A stretch of 64,000 bases of DNA from positions 2,890 through 66,889 of the IMG/VR virus record IMGVR_UViG_3300048599_000416. The stretch is one strand, 5' to 3'. Below are positions 56,600 to 64,000 of this stretch, in pieces. This DNA is from a virus. Lineage: Duplodnaviria; Caudoviricetes. Under the pieces are notes generated by a model. It worked only from the letters and a program-made list of their open reading frames with translations, did not search any database and was not told the DNA's origin. The translations under genes and the position numbers were made by a program. Every line of letters begins with the position of its first letter. Position 1 is the first letter of the stretch.

Positions 56600-57577
56600 A
56601 TGAAGCGTTACGGAAATCTGTACGAACAAATAATATCAATAGAAAATCTGCAATTGGCTGACGAAAAGGCCAGAAAAGGAAAATTGAGATCGTACGGAGT
56701 AATGCGCCATGATGCAAATAGAGAGCAAAATATTATCAATTTGCATGAGCAACTTAAAAACAAGACTTTCAGAACATCCAAATACGAAACGTTCACCATC
56801 TTCGAACCGAAAGAACGATTAATATTTCGTTTGCCTTATTATCCTGACCGTATCGTGCATCATGCTGTGATGAATATTCTGGAGCCTATTTGGGTAAAAA
56901 CATTCACGACAGACACCTATGCATGTGTAAAACATAGAGGCATTCACGGGGCAATGGTAAAGGTAAAAGAAGCTTTGAAGGATATTGACAATACGCAGTA
57001 CTGCCTGAAGCTTGACATAAAAAAGTATTACCCGTCTATAGACCATGATATACTCAAGCAAATAGTTAGAAAGAAGATTAAATGCAATGACACGTTGCAA
57101 TTGCTCGATAGAGTCATTGATAGTGCCGAGGGAGTGCCCATAGGCAACTATTTGAGTCAGTATTTTGCGAACCTTTACTTAACCTATTTTGACCATTATA
57201 TCAAGGAACAGCTTAAGATAAAGTATTATTTTCGCTATGCTGATGACATGGTGTTTCTACACAAGGATAAAGCTTTTCTTCACGGGCTTCTGGTAAATAT
57301 TAACCAGTATTTAACCGAGAATCTCAACCTGACAATCAAAGAAAATTATCAGGTGTTCCCGGTAGATGCCAGAGGAATAGATTACGTTGGATTTGTATTT
57401 TATCATAGCCATACTGCAATAAGAAAGAACATAAAAAAGAACTTTTGCAAAGCGGTGGCACGTCTGAATAAACGTTCAAATATATCAGATAAGGAATACA
57501 ATCAGCGTCTTTGCAGTTGGTTTGGATGGGCAAAATATAGCAATTCAAAACATTTACTTAAAACGATATTGAGATGA
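56600..57577 (+). CDS. DGR reverse transcriptase
   Basis: KERLI...DRIVHHA, LKLDIKKYYPSI, GVPIGNYLSQYFAN, YFRYADD, GIDYVG; adjacent to TR. Confidence 0.96.
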   Translation: MKRYGNLYEQIISIENLQLADEKARKGKLRSYGVMRHDANREQNIINLHEQLKNKTFRTSKYETFTIFEPKERLIFRLPYYPDRIVHHAVMNILEPIWVKTFTTDTYACVKHRGIHGAMVKVKEALKDIDNTQYCLKLDIKKYYPSIDHDILKQIVRKKIKCNDTLQLLDRVIDSAEGVPIGNYLSQYFANLYLTYFDHYIKEQLKIKYYFRYADDMVFLHKDKAFLHGLLVNINQYLTENLNLTIKENYQVFPVDARGIDYVGFVFYHSHTAIRKNIKKNFCKAVARLNKRSNISDKEYNQRLCSWFGWAKYSNSKHLLKTILR

Positions 57578-57939
57578 AGATAACAGGATTTTCGACCAAG
57601 CCCGATGTATTGCAGTCAGTTGGTCAGCAGATGACAGCATATAGGTGGAATATAAAGGAAACAACTACTGAACACAACGGTGTAACAACGCGCGGTTTCT
57701 CTGCTTATGAAGTAATGATAGATGGCACGGTCACTGTTGCAAAAATAAAACAGGCGGTGCTTAACGCGATGTGGGGAAAAGATCAGGAAGCTAAGTATAT
57801 CAACGACTTTAATGCCGCAAATGCAGGCATATTGGATGCTTCGTACATTGATGTGTATAAAACATTTCTCACTGAGCGAAAAGCCTTAAAAGATAAAATT
57901 GATGCGGATTGTAAATTGTTAAATGTGCCTGCGGAGTGA
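57574..57939 (+). CDS. Hypothetical protein coupled to DGR RT
   Basis: ATGA overlap with the RT stop. Confidence 0.7.
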   Translation: MKITGFSTKPDVLQSVGQQMTAYRWNIKETTTEHNGVTTRGFSAYEVMIDGTVTVAKIKQAVLNAMWGKDQEAKYINDFNAANAGILDASYIDVYKTFLTERKALKDKIDADCKLLNVPAE

Positions 57940-58247
57940 AAAAATTTAGTGATTTAGGAATTAAACCGAACGAAAATAAAAAGATTTTTAATTGCCCTCA
58001 GGTATCAATTTCCGACGTTGTCAATACGGAGATAGAAGTGATTGATTTTATCCCGGACATTAAAACCAAATTTGGAGACAGCCGGTATTTGGTAAAGATT
58101 CAACAAGATGGAGTTTTAGAAAAGTTTTTTACCAACTCTACAAGTATCAAATCCGTTCTTGACAAAATACCAAAAGAAGATTTTCCATTTGTAACTACCA
58201 TCAAAGCTACGAAGTGTGGTAGTGGAAAGATTTATCAATTTACGTAA
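57936..58247 (+). CDS. Hypothetical protein in the DGR operon
   Basis: GTGA overlap; 103 aa. Confidence 0.7.
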   Translation: MKKFSDLGIKPNENKKIFNCPQVSISDVVNTEIEVIDFIPDIKTKFGDSRYLVKIQQDGVLEKFFTNSTSIKSVLDKIPKEDFPFVTTIKATKCGSGKIYQFT

Positions 58248-58331
58248 TCGTAACATAAAAAAAGTGGTGGGCAAAACAATGAAAATGCCCCGGCTACGAT
58301 ATTCAAATATTAACGTTCAAAATAATAAAGA

Positions 58332-58793
58332 ATGGATCAACTGCTTCACTCGTTAAGTAATTGTATACGCTCAATTATACATTTTATTATCACCGGAATA
58401 GTCAGTGCATTTATACCAATGCAGGATGCGTTGTTTGTGCTACTATTGGGATTTACTATCAACTTTATAACCGGATATGTGACTGATAAGCGGGCAAATG
58501 GACGGGATTTTTCAATAAACAAAGCCTTTAATGCCATATCTCAATTGGGATATTTTTTCGGGCTGATATTCTTCATATCGGCTGTTGGGCACAACTACAG
58601 AGACTCTGCCTTTTCGCAGCTTGGTGTGAAATGGACTACCGTCATAGTAGCCTATTTCTACGTGACGAATATTTTAAAAAATGGTAAGCAGTTATGGCCA
58701 GGTAATGTAGCGATCTGTTTTCTATACGATTTTATGTCGCTTCAGGGGCTTAATAATATTCGTAAAATGTTCAACATGAAAAATACTAAGTAA
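58332..58793 (+). CDS. Putative holin
   Basis: Three to four TM segments directly upstream of the endolysin. Confidence 0.7.
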   Translation: MDQLLHSLSNCIRSIIHFIITGIVSAFIPMQDALFVLLLGFTINFITGYVTDKRANGRDFSINKAFNAISQLGYFFGLIFFISAVGHNYRDSAFSQLGVKWTTVIVAYFYVTNILKNGKQLWPGNVAICFLYDFMSLQGLNNIRKMFNMKNTK

Positions 58794-58794
58794 C

Positions 58795-59322
58795 ATGGCA
58801 AAAATTGAATTATTAGCCCCTTTTACATTTAAATGGGAGGGAGGATACCAATGCGATCCTGTAGATAAGGGTAATTATAATAGCAAGAAGGAGTTGGTAG
58901 GTACAAAATACGGTGTCTCTGCGCTTGCGTATGAGAGTCATTACGGGAAAGTACCTACAAAAGAAATTATGGAGAATCTTACTCCAGAGGAAGGTGCTTT
59001 TGTATTGCAAACCTATTGGAATAACTGTAAAGGCGATCAACTAAAAAATCAAAGCATTGCTAATGTTCTTGTCGATTGGCATTATAATGCAGGCTTTGCA
59101 GCTATAAAATCGGCACAAAAAGCACTTGGATTGTTAGATGATGGGGATGTAGGACCAAAAACATTAGCGGTATTAAATTCCGGAGATGGATCTGATGTAT
59201 TTTTAAAATTGTGGAAAGCCCGTAAAAGCTACTATCAAAATGTAGCTGAGGCAAATACCAGACTATCCAAATACCTTAATGGATGGCTGAATCGGTTAAA
59301 CGATTTCAAATTTAAAGCATAA
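58795..59322 (+). CDS. Endolysin, glycoside hydrolase family 108-like
   Basis: KWEGGY..DPVDKG...TKYGVS N-domain; YLNGWLNRL C-terminal PG-binding motif. Confidence 0.88.
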   Translation: MAKIELLAPFTFKWEGGYQCDPVDKGNYNSKKELVGTKYGVSALAYESHYGKVPTKEIMENLTPEEGAFVLQTYWNNCKGDQLKNQSIANVLVDWHYNAGFAAIKSAQKALGLLDDGDVGPKTLAVLNSGDGSDVFLKLWKARKSYYQNVAEANTRLSKYLNGWLNRLNDFKFKA

Positions 59323-59412
59323 ACATACAATTATAAGAGCATTCCTTATTCTAAAAATCATCTTAAAATTAGAATTACGAGATTCTATGAGAATCTCTCA
59401 AAATTTACAAGT

Positions 59413-59682
59413 ATGAAAAAATTCATTCAAAAAGTAAAGTATAAAATTAAAAAAGAGTTGGCTCTTTTGAAATCACAAACACCGAAGCTCTGGAACTGGA
59501 TCGCCGGTATTGCGGCCGGTGTACCGACGCTGATAACTGTCATAAATTCGGCAACTGCCGGAACTATGATGCCGGACTGGTACACAAAATATCAATTCTA
59601 TATATTAGCCGTTGCCGGTGTAATCGCGTATTTAGCAAAACGTAAAACAGTCAAAATAAATCAAGATGGAACGACAAATTAA
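59413..59682 (+). CDS. Two-TM membrane protein (second holin-like)
   Basis: Two hydrophobic segments in the lysis cassette. Confidence 0.55.
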   Translation: MKKFIQKVKYKIKKELALLKSQTPKLWNWIAGIAAGVPTLITVINSATAGTMMPDWYTKYQFYILAVAGVIAYLAKRKTVKINQDGTTN

Positions 59683-60247
59683 AATCATCGGTTATGTCTT
59701 TGCTGCTATTATTGCAGTAGTTGTTGCGGTATTTGTATTTTCCAAATGTGATCGAAAGCCGATTAAAGTGGTTCCTGATCCTAAATCAACCCGGGCCGAC
59801 AGCACTACAACCGCCAATCAGCGCCGGAAAATTGCGACACTGGATAGTTTGTTGAACGTGAAAAACGATCAGATCGCTACTTGTTCGGCAAATCTGGCAA
59901 TCTCCCGGCAGAAAAACAGCAATTTACGATCGGCCAATGATTCTTTGTCTGCTTACTATTCCAATCATCATACGCTGCAGAATTGCGATAGTTTAGTTAT
60001 TACTAAACAACGGTACATAGTAGGGCTCCAGTCGGAGAATGATAGTCTGTATCGGCTTAATGGCGCATTGTGCGAAACAATTGATTTAAGCAAAAAGAAA
60101 ATTGCCCGGATGGACACTATCGTAAATAGTAAAGAAACGGTGATTGAAGCCTATGCACGACAAATGGAGCGAATAAACTGTATGAGTGAATGGGCTATAA
60201 AACATCGTTTTTTAGCGTGGCTGTTACGGATAAAATGTAATAAATGA
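59666..60247 (+). CDS. Putative spanin-like protein
   Basis: N-terminal TM anchor plus periplasmic coiled-coil. Confidence 0.55.
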   Translation: MERQIKIIGYVFAAIIAVVVAVFVFSKCDRKPIKVVPDPKSTRADSTTTANQRRKIATLDSLLNVKNDQIATCSANLAISRQKNSNLRSANDSLSAYYSNHHTLQNCDSLVITKQRYIVGLQSENDSLYRLNGALCETIDLSKKKIARMDTIVNSKETVIEAYARQMERINCMSEWAIKHRFLAWLLRIKCNK

Positions 60248-60357
60248 ACCACTGCATACTGTACACTTGTCCGCGATGCGGGCGGGTGTATTGTTTACGC
60301 TGCGAGCTGGGCATTTGTCCACAATGCGGTAAAGAATATATTAGCGGCACCAAATGA
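60244..60357 (+). CDS. 37-aa Cys-rich (zinc-finger-like) microprotein, not in ORF track
   Basis: MNHCILYTCPRCGRVYCLRCELGICPQCGKEYISGTK; ATG overlaps the upstream TAA and TGA overlaps the terminase ATG. Confidence 0.55.
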   Translation: MNHCILYTCPRCGRVYCLRCELGICPQCGKEYISGTK

Positions 60358-62444
60358 ACCATGAGCAGATCATCAAAGAAAACAATAAAAGGATCGTTGC
60401 AAAAAACCAACCTTACAACCCCGTCACCGGACTGGGATGTTACGGCGAGCGTTTTTGCATTGAGCTGAAAGAATATGGCGGTCCGCTATACCTTCCCATT
60501 GAAATGCTGGAGAGCGCCTTTGTACGGCAACTCCGAAACTACACCAGCATATCGGCCTATCTGAAAGACAAGCTCAAAGAAAGCAATGAAATGCTTATCA
60601 AAGCATTCAAGCTGAAGATAGCCGAAAAACGTTACGACTACGACTACGAATTCTTCGCGGTGATGTGCGAAACCATTACCGACAAACTCACCGCAGAGCA
60701 AATACCCTTCCGATTAAACAGAGGCCAGCGGCGATTGCTTGCCCGGATGGAGCAACAGCGTCGCGCCGGTTTACCAATACGCATTCAGGTGCTAAAATCG
60801 CGCCAGTGGGGATGCTCCACCCTGATACAAATGTACATGAAGTGGATACAGATCGTCCATAAGAAAAACTGGAATAGCGTGGTGTGTGCGCATGTAAAAG
60901 ATGCAGCCATTAACGTACGCGCCATGTACGAAAATTCTATCGATCAGATGCCGCCAGTGCAGGGTATAAAATATTCAATTCGCAATTTCAAGCAAACCCA
61001 AAATATCAAATACATACCCGAAAGTAACTGCCGTATAACGGTGGGTACCGCCGAAGAGCCGGATTCCATCAAATCACAGGATATAAAAATGGTACAATTC
61101 TCAGAAGAGGCAATGTATCCGGATACGCCGGGGAAGAGTCCGGAGGCATTGGAAGCAGCCATTATTCCATCCATCCCGAATATACCATACACGATGATAG
61201 TGCGTGAAAGTACGGCTAACGGTATGGGAGATTATTTTTACGAGCAATGGTTGAAAGCCAAAGCAGAAGAAACCCTATTCGAAGCCGTATTTGTAGAATG
61301 GTTCCTGATGGATATCTACAGTTGTCCGTTTGACGGCTACTACAACCTGCCCAACGGAAAGCGTAAAAAAGGATCGGCGATGGATTTTCTGTTAACGATG
61401 AATGATTATGAAATGAACCTGTTCAATAATCATTCAGAATTGACTTTGGAAAATTTGAACTGGCGTCGGCAGATGCGGGCACAGATGCCATCGGAAACAA
61501 AAATGAAACAAGACTTTCCGAGTGATGACATAGAAGCATTCCAGGACAGCGGATCGTTGATATTGGAATCGGAACATGTAGAGCGCCAACGAAAACATTG
61601 CAAGAAGCCTGTAATGATAGGAACGCTGGAGTCGGATGCAGACCCGCGCAAAGCAATACTGGATTTCAGCAAGCGCAAAGACATACTGAAAAACATCCGC
61701 TTTATTCCTGATGAGGAAGCGTATGATCATCTGATTAATTCGGACCGGAAGCTTTCGTTCATGAAGGCCATGAACAAGTTGCACGTATTTGAATATCCGG
61801 ATACTGAAACGAAAGTAAAAGACCGGTACGTGGTGGTATTTGACCCTCAAAAGGGAATAAGCGACAAAGCCGACTTCGGGTTCATTAAAGTGATAGACAG
61901 GTACTGGATGATGTACGGAGGCAAGCCCGAAGTGGTGGCGTTGTTCTACGGCCACATCGACAAAGACGTCACTATTTGGATAGCGGCACAGATAGCCAAG
62001 TGGTACAATGATGCCCTGCTGGTGGTTGAAAGCAATACCTACGAAACATCGAACGGCGAGAAATTAGACGACGACAGCGAATTTATATTCGATACCATAG
62101 CCGAATATTACGGGAATCTTTACAGTAGGACACCGGCCGATAAAATAGCTGAGGGGGCACCGGTAAAATACGGGTTCAATACCAATAGGACCACAAAGCC
62201 GATGATCATCAACAACTACATAGCTATACTGCGTGAAGATGGCTACATAGAACGCGATGACGAAACGCTGAATGAAGCCCGTGTATATGAGAAAAAGAAA
62301 AACGGATCCTATGGTGCCAAAGAGGGCAAACACGATGACCGGATTATGGCAACCATGATCGGGCTGTACGTCTGCTACGAACTTCCGATTCCACATATAA
62401 TAAAGCCTTACAAGGAAACAAAAAAGCAGGTGACGGTTTGGTAA
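60354..62444 (+). CDS. Terminase large subunit
   Basis: LKSRQWGCST Walker A region, FSEEA Walker B, ESTANG coupling motif, C-terminal nuclease with HDDRIMA. Confidence 0.9.
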   Translation: MNHEQIIKENNKRIVAKNQPYNPVTGLGCYGERFCIELKEYGGPLYLPIEMLESAFVRQLRNYTSISAYLKDKLKESNEMLIKAFKLKIAEKRYDYDYEFFAVMCETITDKLTAEQIPFRLNRGQRRLLARMEQQRRAGLPIRIQVLKSRQWGCSTLIQMYMKWIQIVHKKNWNSVVCAHVKDAAINVRAMYENSIDQMPPVQGIKYSIRNFKQTQNIKYIPESNCRITVGTAEEPDSIKSQDIKMVQFSEEAMYPDTPGKSPEALEAAIIPSIPNIPYTMIVRESTANGMGDYFYEQWLKAKAEETLFEAVFVEWFLMDIYSCPFDGYYNLPNGKRKKGSAMDFLLTMNDYEMNLFNNHSELTLENLNWRRQMRAQMPSETKMKQDFPSDDIEAFQDSGSLILESEHVERQRKHCKKPVMIGTLESDADPRKAILDFSKRKDILKNIRFIPDEEAYDHLINSDRKLSFMKAMNKLHVFEYPDTETKVKDRYVVVFDPQKGISDKADFGFIKVIDRYWMMYGGKPEVVALFYGHIDKDVTIWIAAQIAKWYNDALLVVESNTYETSNGEKLDDDSEFIFDTIAEYYGNLYSRTPADKIAEGAPVKYGFNTNRTTKPMIINNYIAILREDGYIERDDETLNEARVYEKKKNGSYGAKEGKHDDRIMATMIGLYVCYELPIPHIIKPYKETKKQVTVW

Positions 62445-62457
62445 AAAAAGCAATGAT

Positions 62458-63693
62458 TTACGTTGCTTTTTTTCGTTTATGTGGAAATACTATTCTGGTT
62501 TGTCGTTTGAATGCCAAATCAATCACTTTGCGGTTAGCGGCTGAAACCTTTTTGATGTTTCGTTTAATATATACCGCCGACATACCAGTGAGTTTGTGGC
62601 CCATGGCAATGTCGATGATCGGATCGGGAATATCCAGTTCGGCGGCCATAGTAGCCCAGGTATGTCGAGCCCAATAAATACTGAGAAATGGGAATATCTT
62701 TTTGAGGTACTTATTTGTCTTTCGTTCGAAAGTACGGTAATCGTCCGTTTGATACGAATCAAGCCACGAAAGAAGGTATTTTTCACCCTGATAGCGATCG
62801 ATTATTGTTTGCGCTTCGGGTTCTATTTTGATACGAATAGGAACACCGGTTTTATCGCGAAGAATATTGATATTCTGGTTGTGAATGTCTTCTTTTTTTA
62901 GAAATAGAATATCTTTCACGTTGAGCCCGCACAGATAAAAAGAAAGTAGAAAGACATCGATGTATTTCTGAAGATGAGGCGTATCGGTACAATTATAATA
63001 AATAAGCGAACGAATGTCTTTAAGGTCAAGGTTACGGTGTTTGGTATCCGCTTTTTTGATTTTGAAACGCCGGAACGGATAGAGATCCAGTCCGATGATA
63101 CCGCGGTCGATAGCATCGTTGTAAATAGCGCGAAGATAACGCATGTAAACACCCACTCCATTGGTAGTCATTCCGGTAGTCAGGCAATAACTTTCAAAAT
63201 CTTTGAGCCACGCAACATCGATTTGAGGAAGATACAAATCATCTACAGAACCATAAGAATTACAGAATGCCGAAATTTTGTTGATAGCTTGCGTATAACG
63301 TATTTTTGCTTCTTCGGAGGATTGTTTGTCTGCAAAACCAAAAGCATATGTTTTGAAGTGCTGAGGAGATTGCCTTTTTGCTTCAGAGTCGTCGGCTATT
63401 TTCCCGGATTCAATAAACTTCTTCAGTGCAGATCCATTTTTGAATTCTGAAAGTTTGTTTTGTTTACGAAGGAGTGAAAGTGTCGTGGTGGTGGTAGTAA
63501 TTTTATCGGTGATGATATTGTTATACATCGCCGCTTTTTTTACGCCTGTTATTTTTCCATCAATAAAATTTTCCTCCAAAGTGAATATTCCGGTGGGGAT
63601 ATAATACGCCTTATTGAGGTGATAGAAACGAACCTTAACGGCCCGGAGTCCGTCGGCGTTTACGTATTTTTCCAACACGGCAGAAACTTTCAT
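62458..63693 (-). CDS. Prophage tyrosine integrase (Bacteroidetes arm-binding plus SAM-like domains)
   Basis: GLNVKD, YWARHTWAT, AMGH...VY catalytic motifs; adjacent to the tRNA att. Start chosen at MKVSAVL; the ORF track extends to 63819. Confidence 0.92.
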   Translation of the reverse strand: MKVSAVLEKYVNADGLRAVKVRFYHLNKAYYIPTGIFTLEENFIDGKITGVKKAAMYNNIITDKITTTTTTLSLLRKQNKLSEFKNGSALKKFIESGKIADDSEAKRQSPQHFKTYAFGFADKQSSEEAKIRYTQAINKISAFCNSYGSVDDLYLPQIDVAWLKDFESYCLTTGMTTNGVGVYMRYLRAIYNDAIDRGIIGLDLYPFRRFKIKKADTKHRNLDLKDIRSLIYYNCTDTPHLQKYIDVFLLSFYLCGLNVKDILFLKKEDIHNQNINILRDKTGVPIRIKIEPEAQTIIDRYQGEKYLLSWLDSYQTDDYRTFERKTNKYLKKIFPFLSIYWARHTWATMAAELDIPDPIIDIAMGHKLTGMSAVYIKRNIKKVSAANRKVIDLAFKRQTRIVFPHKRKKAT

Positions 63694-63877
63694 GGTATGT
63701 GGTGTTTCTTGAAAATTTTTCAATAATTCTGCAACGGTTTGCAATGCATTGCAACGGTTTACACTTTGAGATATTGAAAAATTATTGAGAATTTGAGTCT
63801 TAAGAGACATAAAAAACAAAGATTTTCAGAATTTATAAATATATAAACAACTGAAAATCTTTGCTTTTACATTAGGG

Positions 63878-63926
63878 GTGGGCCCAACAGGGCTTGAACC
63901 TGTGACCCCCTGATTATGAGTCAGGT
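63878..63926. repeat. attR (within the intact tRNA)
   Basis: Identical to 8218-8266. Confidence 0.95.
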
Positions 63927-63953
63927 GCTACTAACCAACTGAGCTATAGGCCC
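63879..63953 (-). tRNA. tRNA with CAT anticodon (Ile2 or Met)
   Basis: GGGCCTA acceptor, CCTGA-CTCATAA-TCAGG anticodon arm, ACAGG-TTCAAGC-CCTGT T arm; no encoded CCA. Confidence 0.93.
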
Positions 63954-64000
63954 GTGTTTTGCGAAAGTTTTGTTACCTTTGCAAAGCGGATGCAAAGATA

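Larger units (their letters stand above)
8218..63926. mobile_element. Integrated temperate podovirus-like prophage (~55.7 kb) in a tRNA-CAT gene
   Basis: 49-bp att repeats, integrase next to the intact tRNA, repressor/antirepressor module, portal, terminase, capsid-like, tail and lysis genes. Confidence 0.93.

Noticed and set aside
56600-57577. RT as a group II intron, retron or Abi RT
   Set aside because: The adjacent TR/VR pair with adenine-specific mismatches and the lack of maturase or endonuclease extensions identify a DGR.
1090-63450. Numerous 60-200 aa ORFs antisense to or overlapping long genes (e.g. 34861-35460, 40939-41727, 55755-56375, 62974-63450)
   Set aside because: They are shadow frames of well-supported genes, with no motifs or independent expression signals.
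8218-63926. Genome-wide TAG reassignment (alternative genetic code)
   Set aside because: TAG ends several genes at sensible boundaries (14299, 15343, 29766, 43248, 49489), and only one gene is split by TAG.

Overview
This is Bacteroidales-type DNA, judged from TAnnTTTG promoter motifs and the gene families present. Positions 1-8.2 kb are the end of a defence island: a partial wHTH-like gene, a complete Type I restriction-modification operon (hsdM-hsdS-hsdR) and a serine resolvase. Positions 8218-63926 are a ~55.7 kb prophage bounded by a perfect 49-bp direct repeat, the 3' part of a tRNA with CAT anticodon whose intact copy lies at 63879-63953 beside a tyrosine integrase. The prophage looks podovirus-like (P22-type portal, tail-stabilisation protein, ejection proteins, terminase, lysis genes). 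It carries a clear diversity-generating retroelement (VR/TR/RT acting on a tail adhesin) and a 4044-aa polyvalent protein studded with in-frame palindromic DNA repeats and recurrent xRFR linkers. The least familiar signals are: (i) an integron-like unit at 18.9-20.6 kb in which a C5 methyltransferase cassette and a non-IntI tyrosine recombinase are bounded by attC-like GTT/AAC ends that would regenerate a perfect 13-bp inverted repeat on circularisation; (ii) a phage rhomboid protease encoded divergently from a putative major capsid protein that has an N-terminal hydrophobic segment; (iii) a single in-frame TAG splitting an Ig-like tail protein; (iv) an aberrant tRNA-Lys-like RNA. Family names come from motif recognition by eye, not from database searches.
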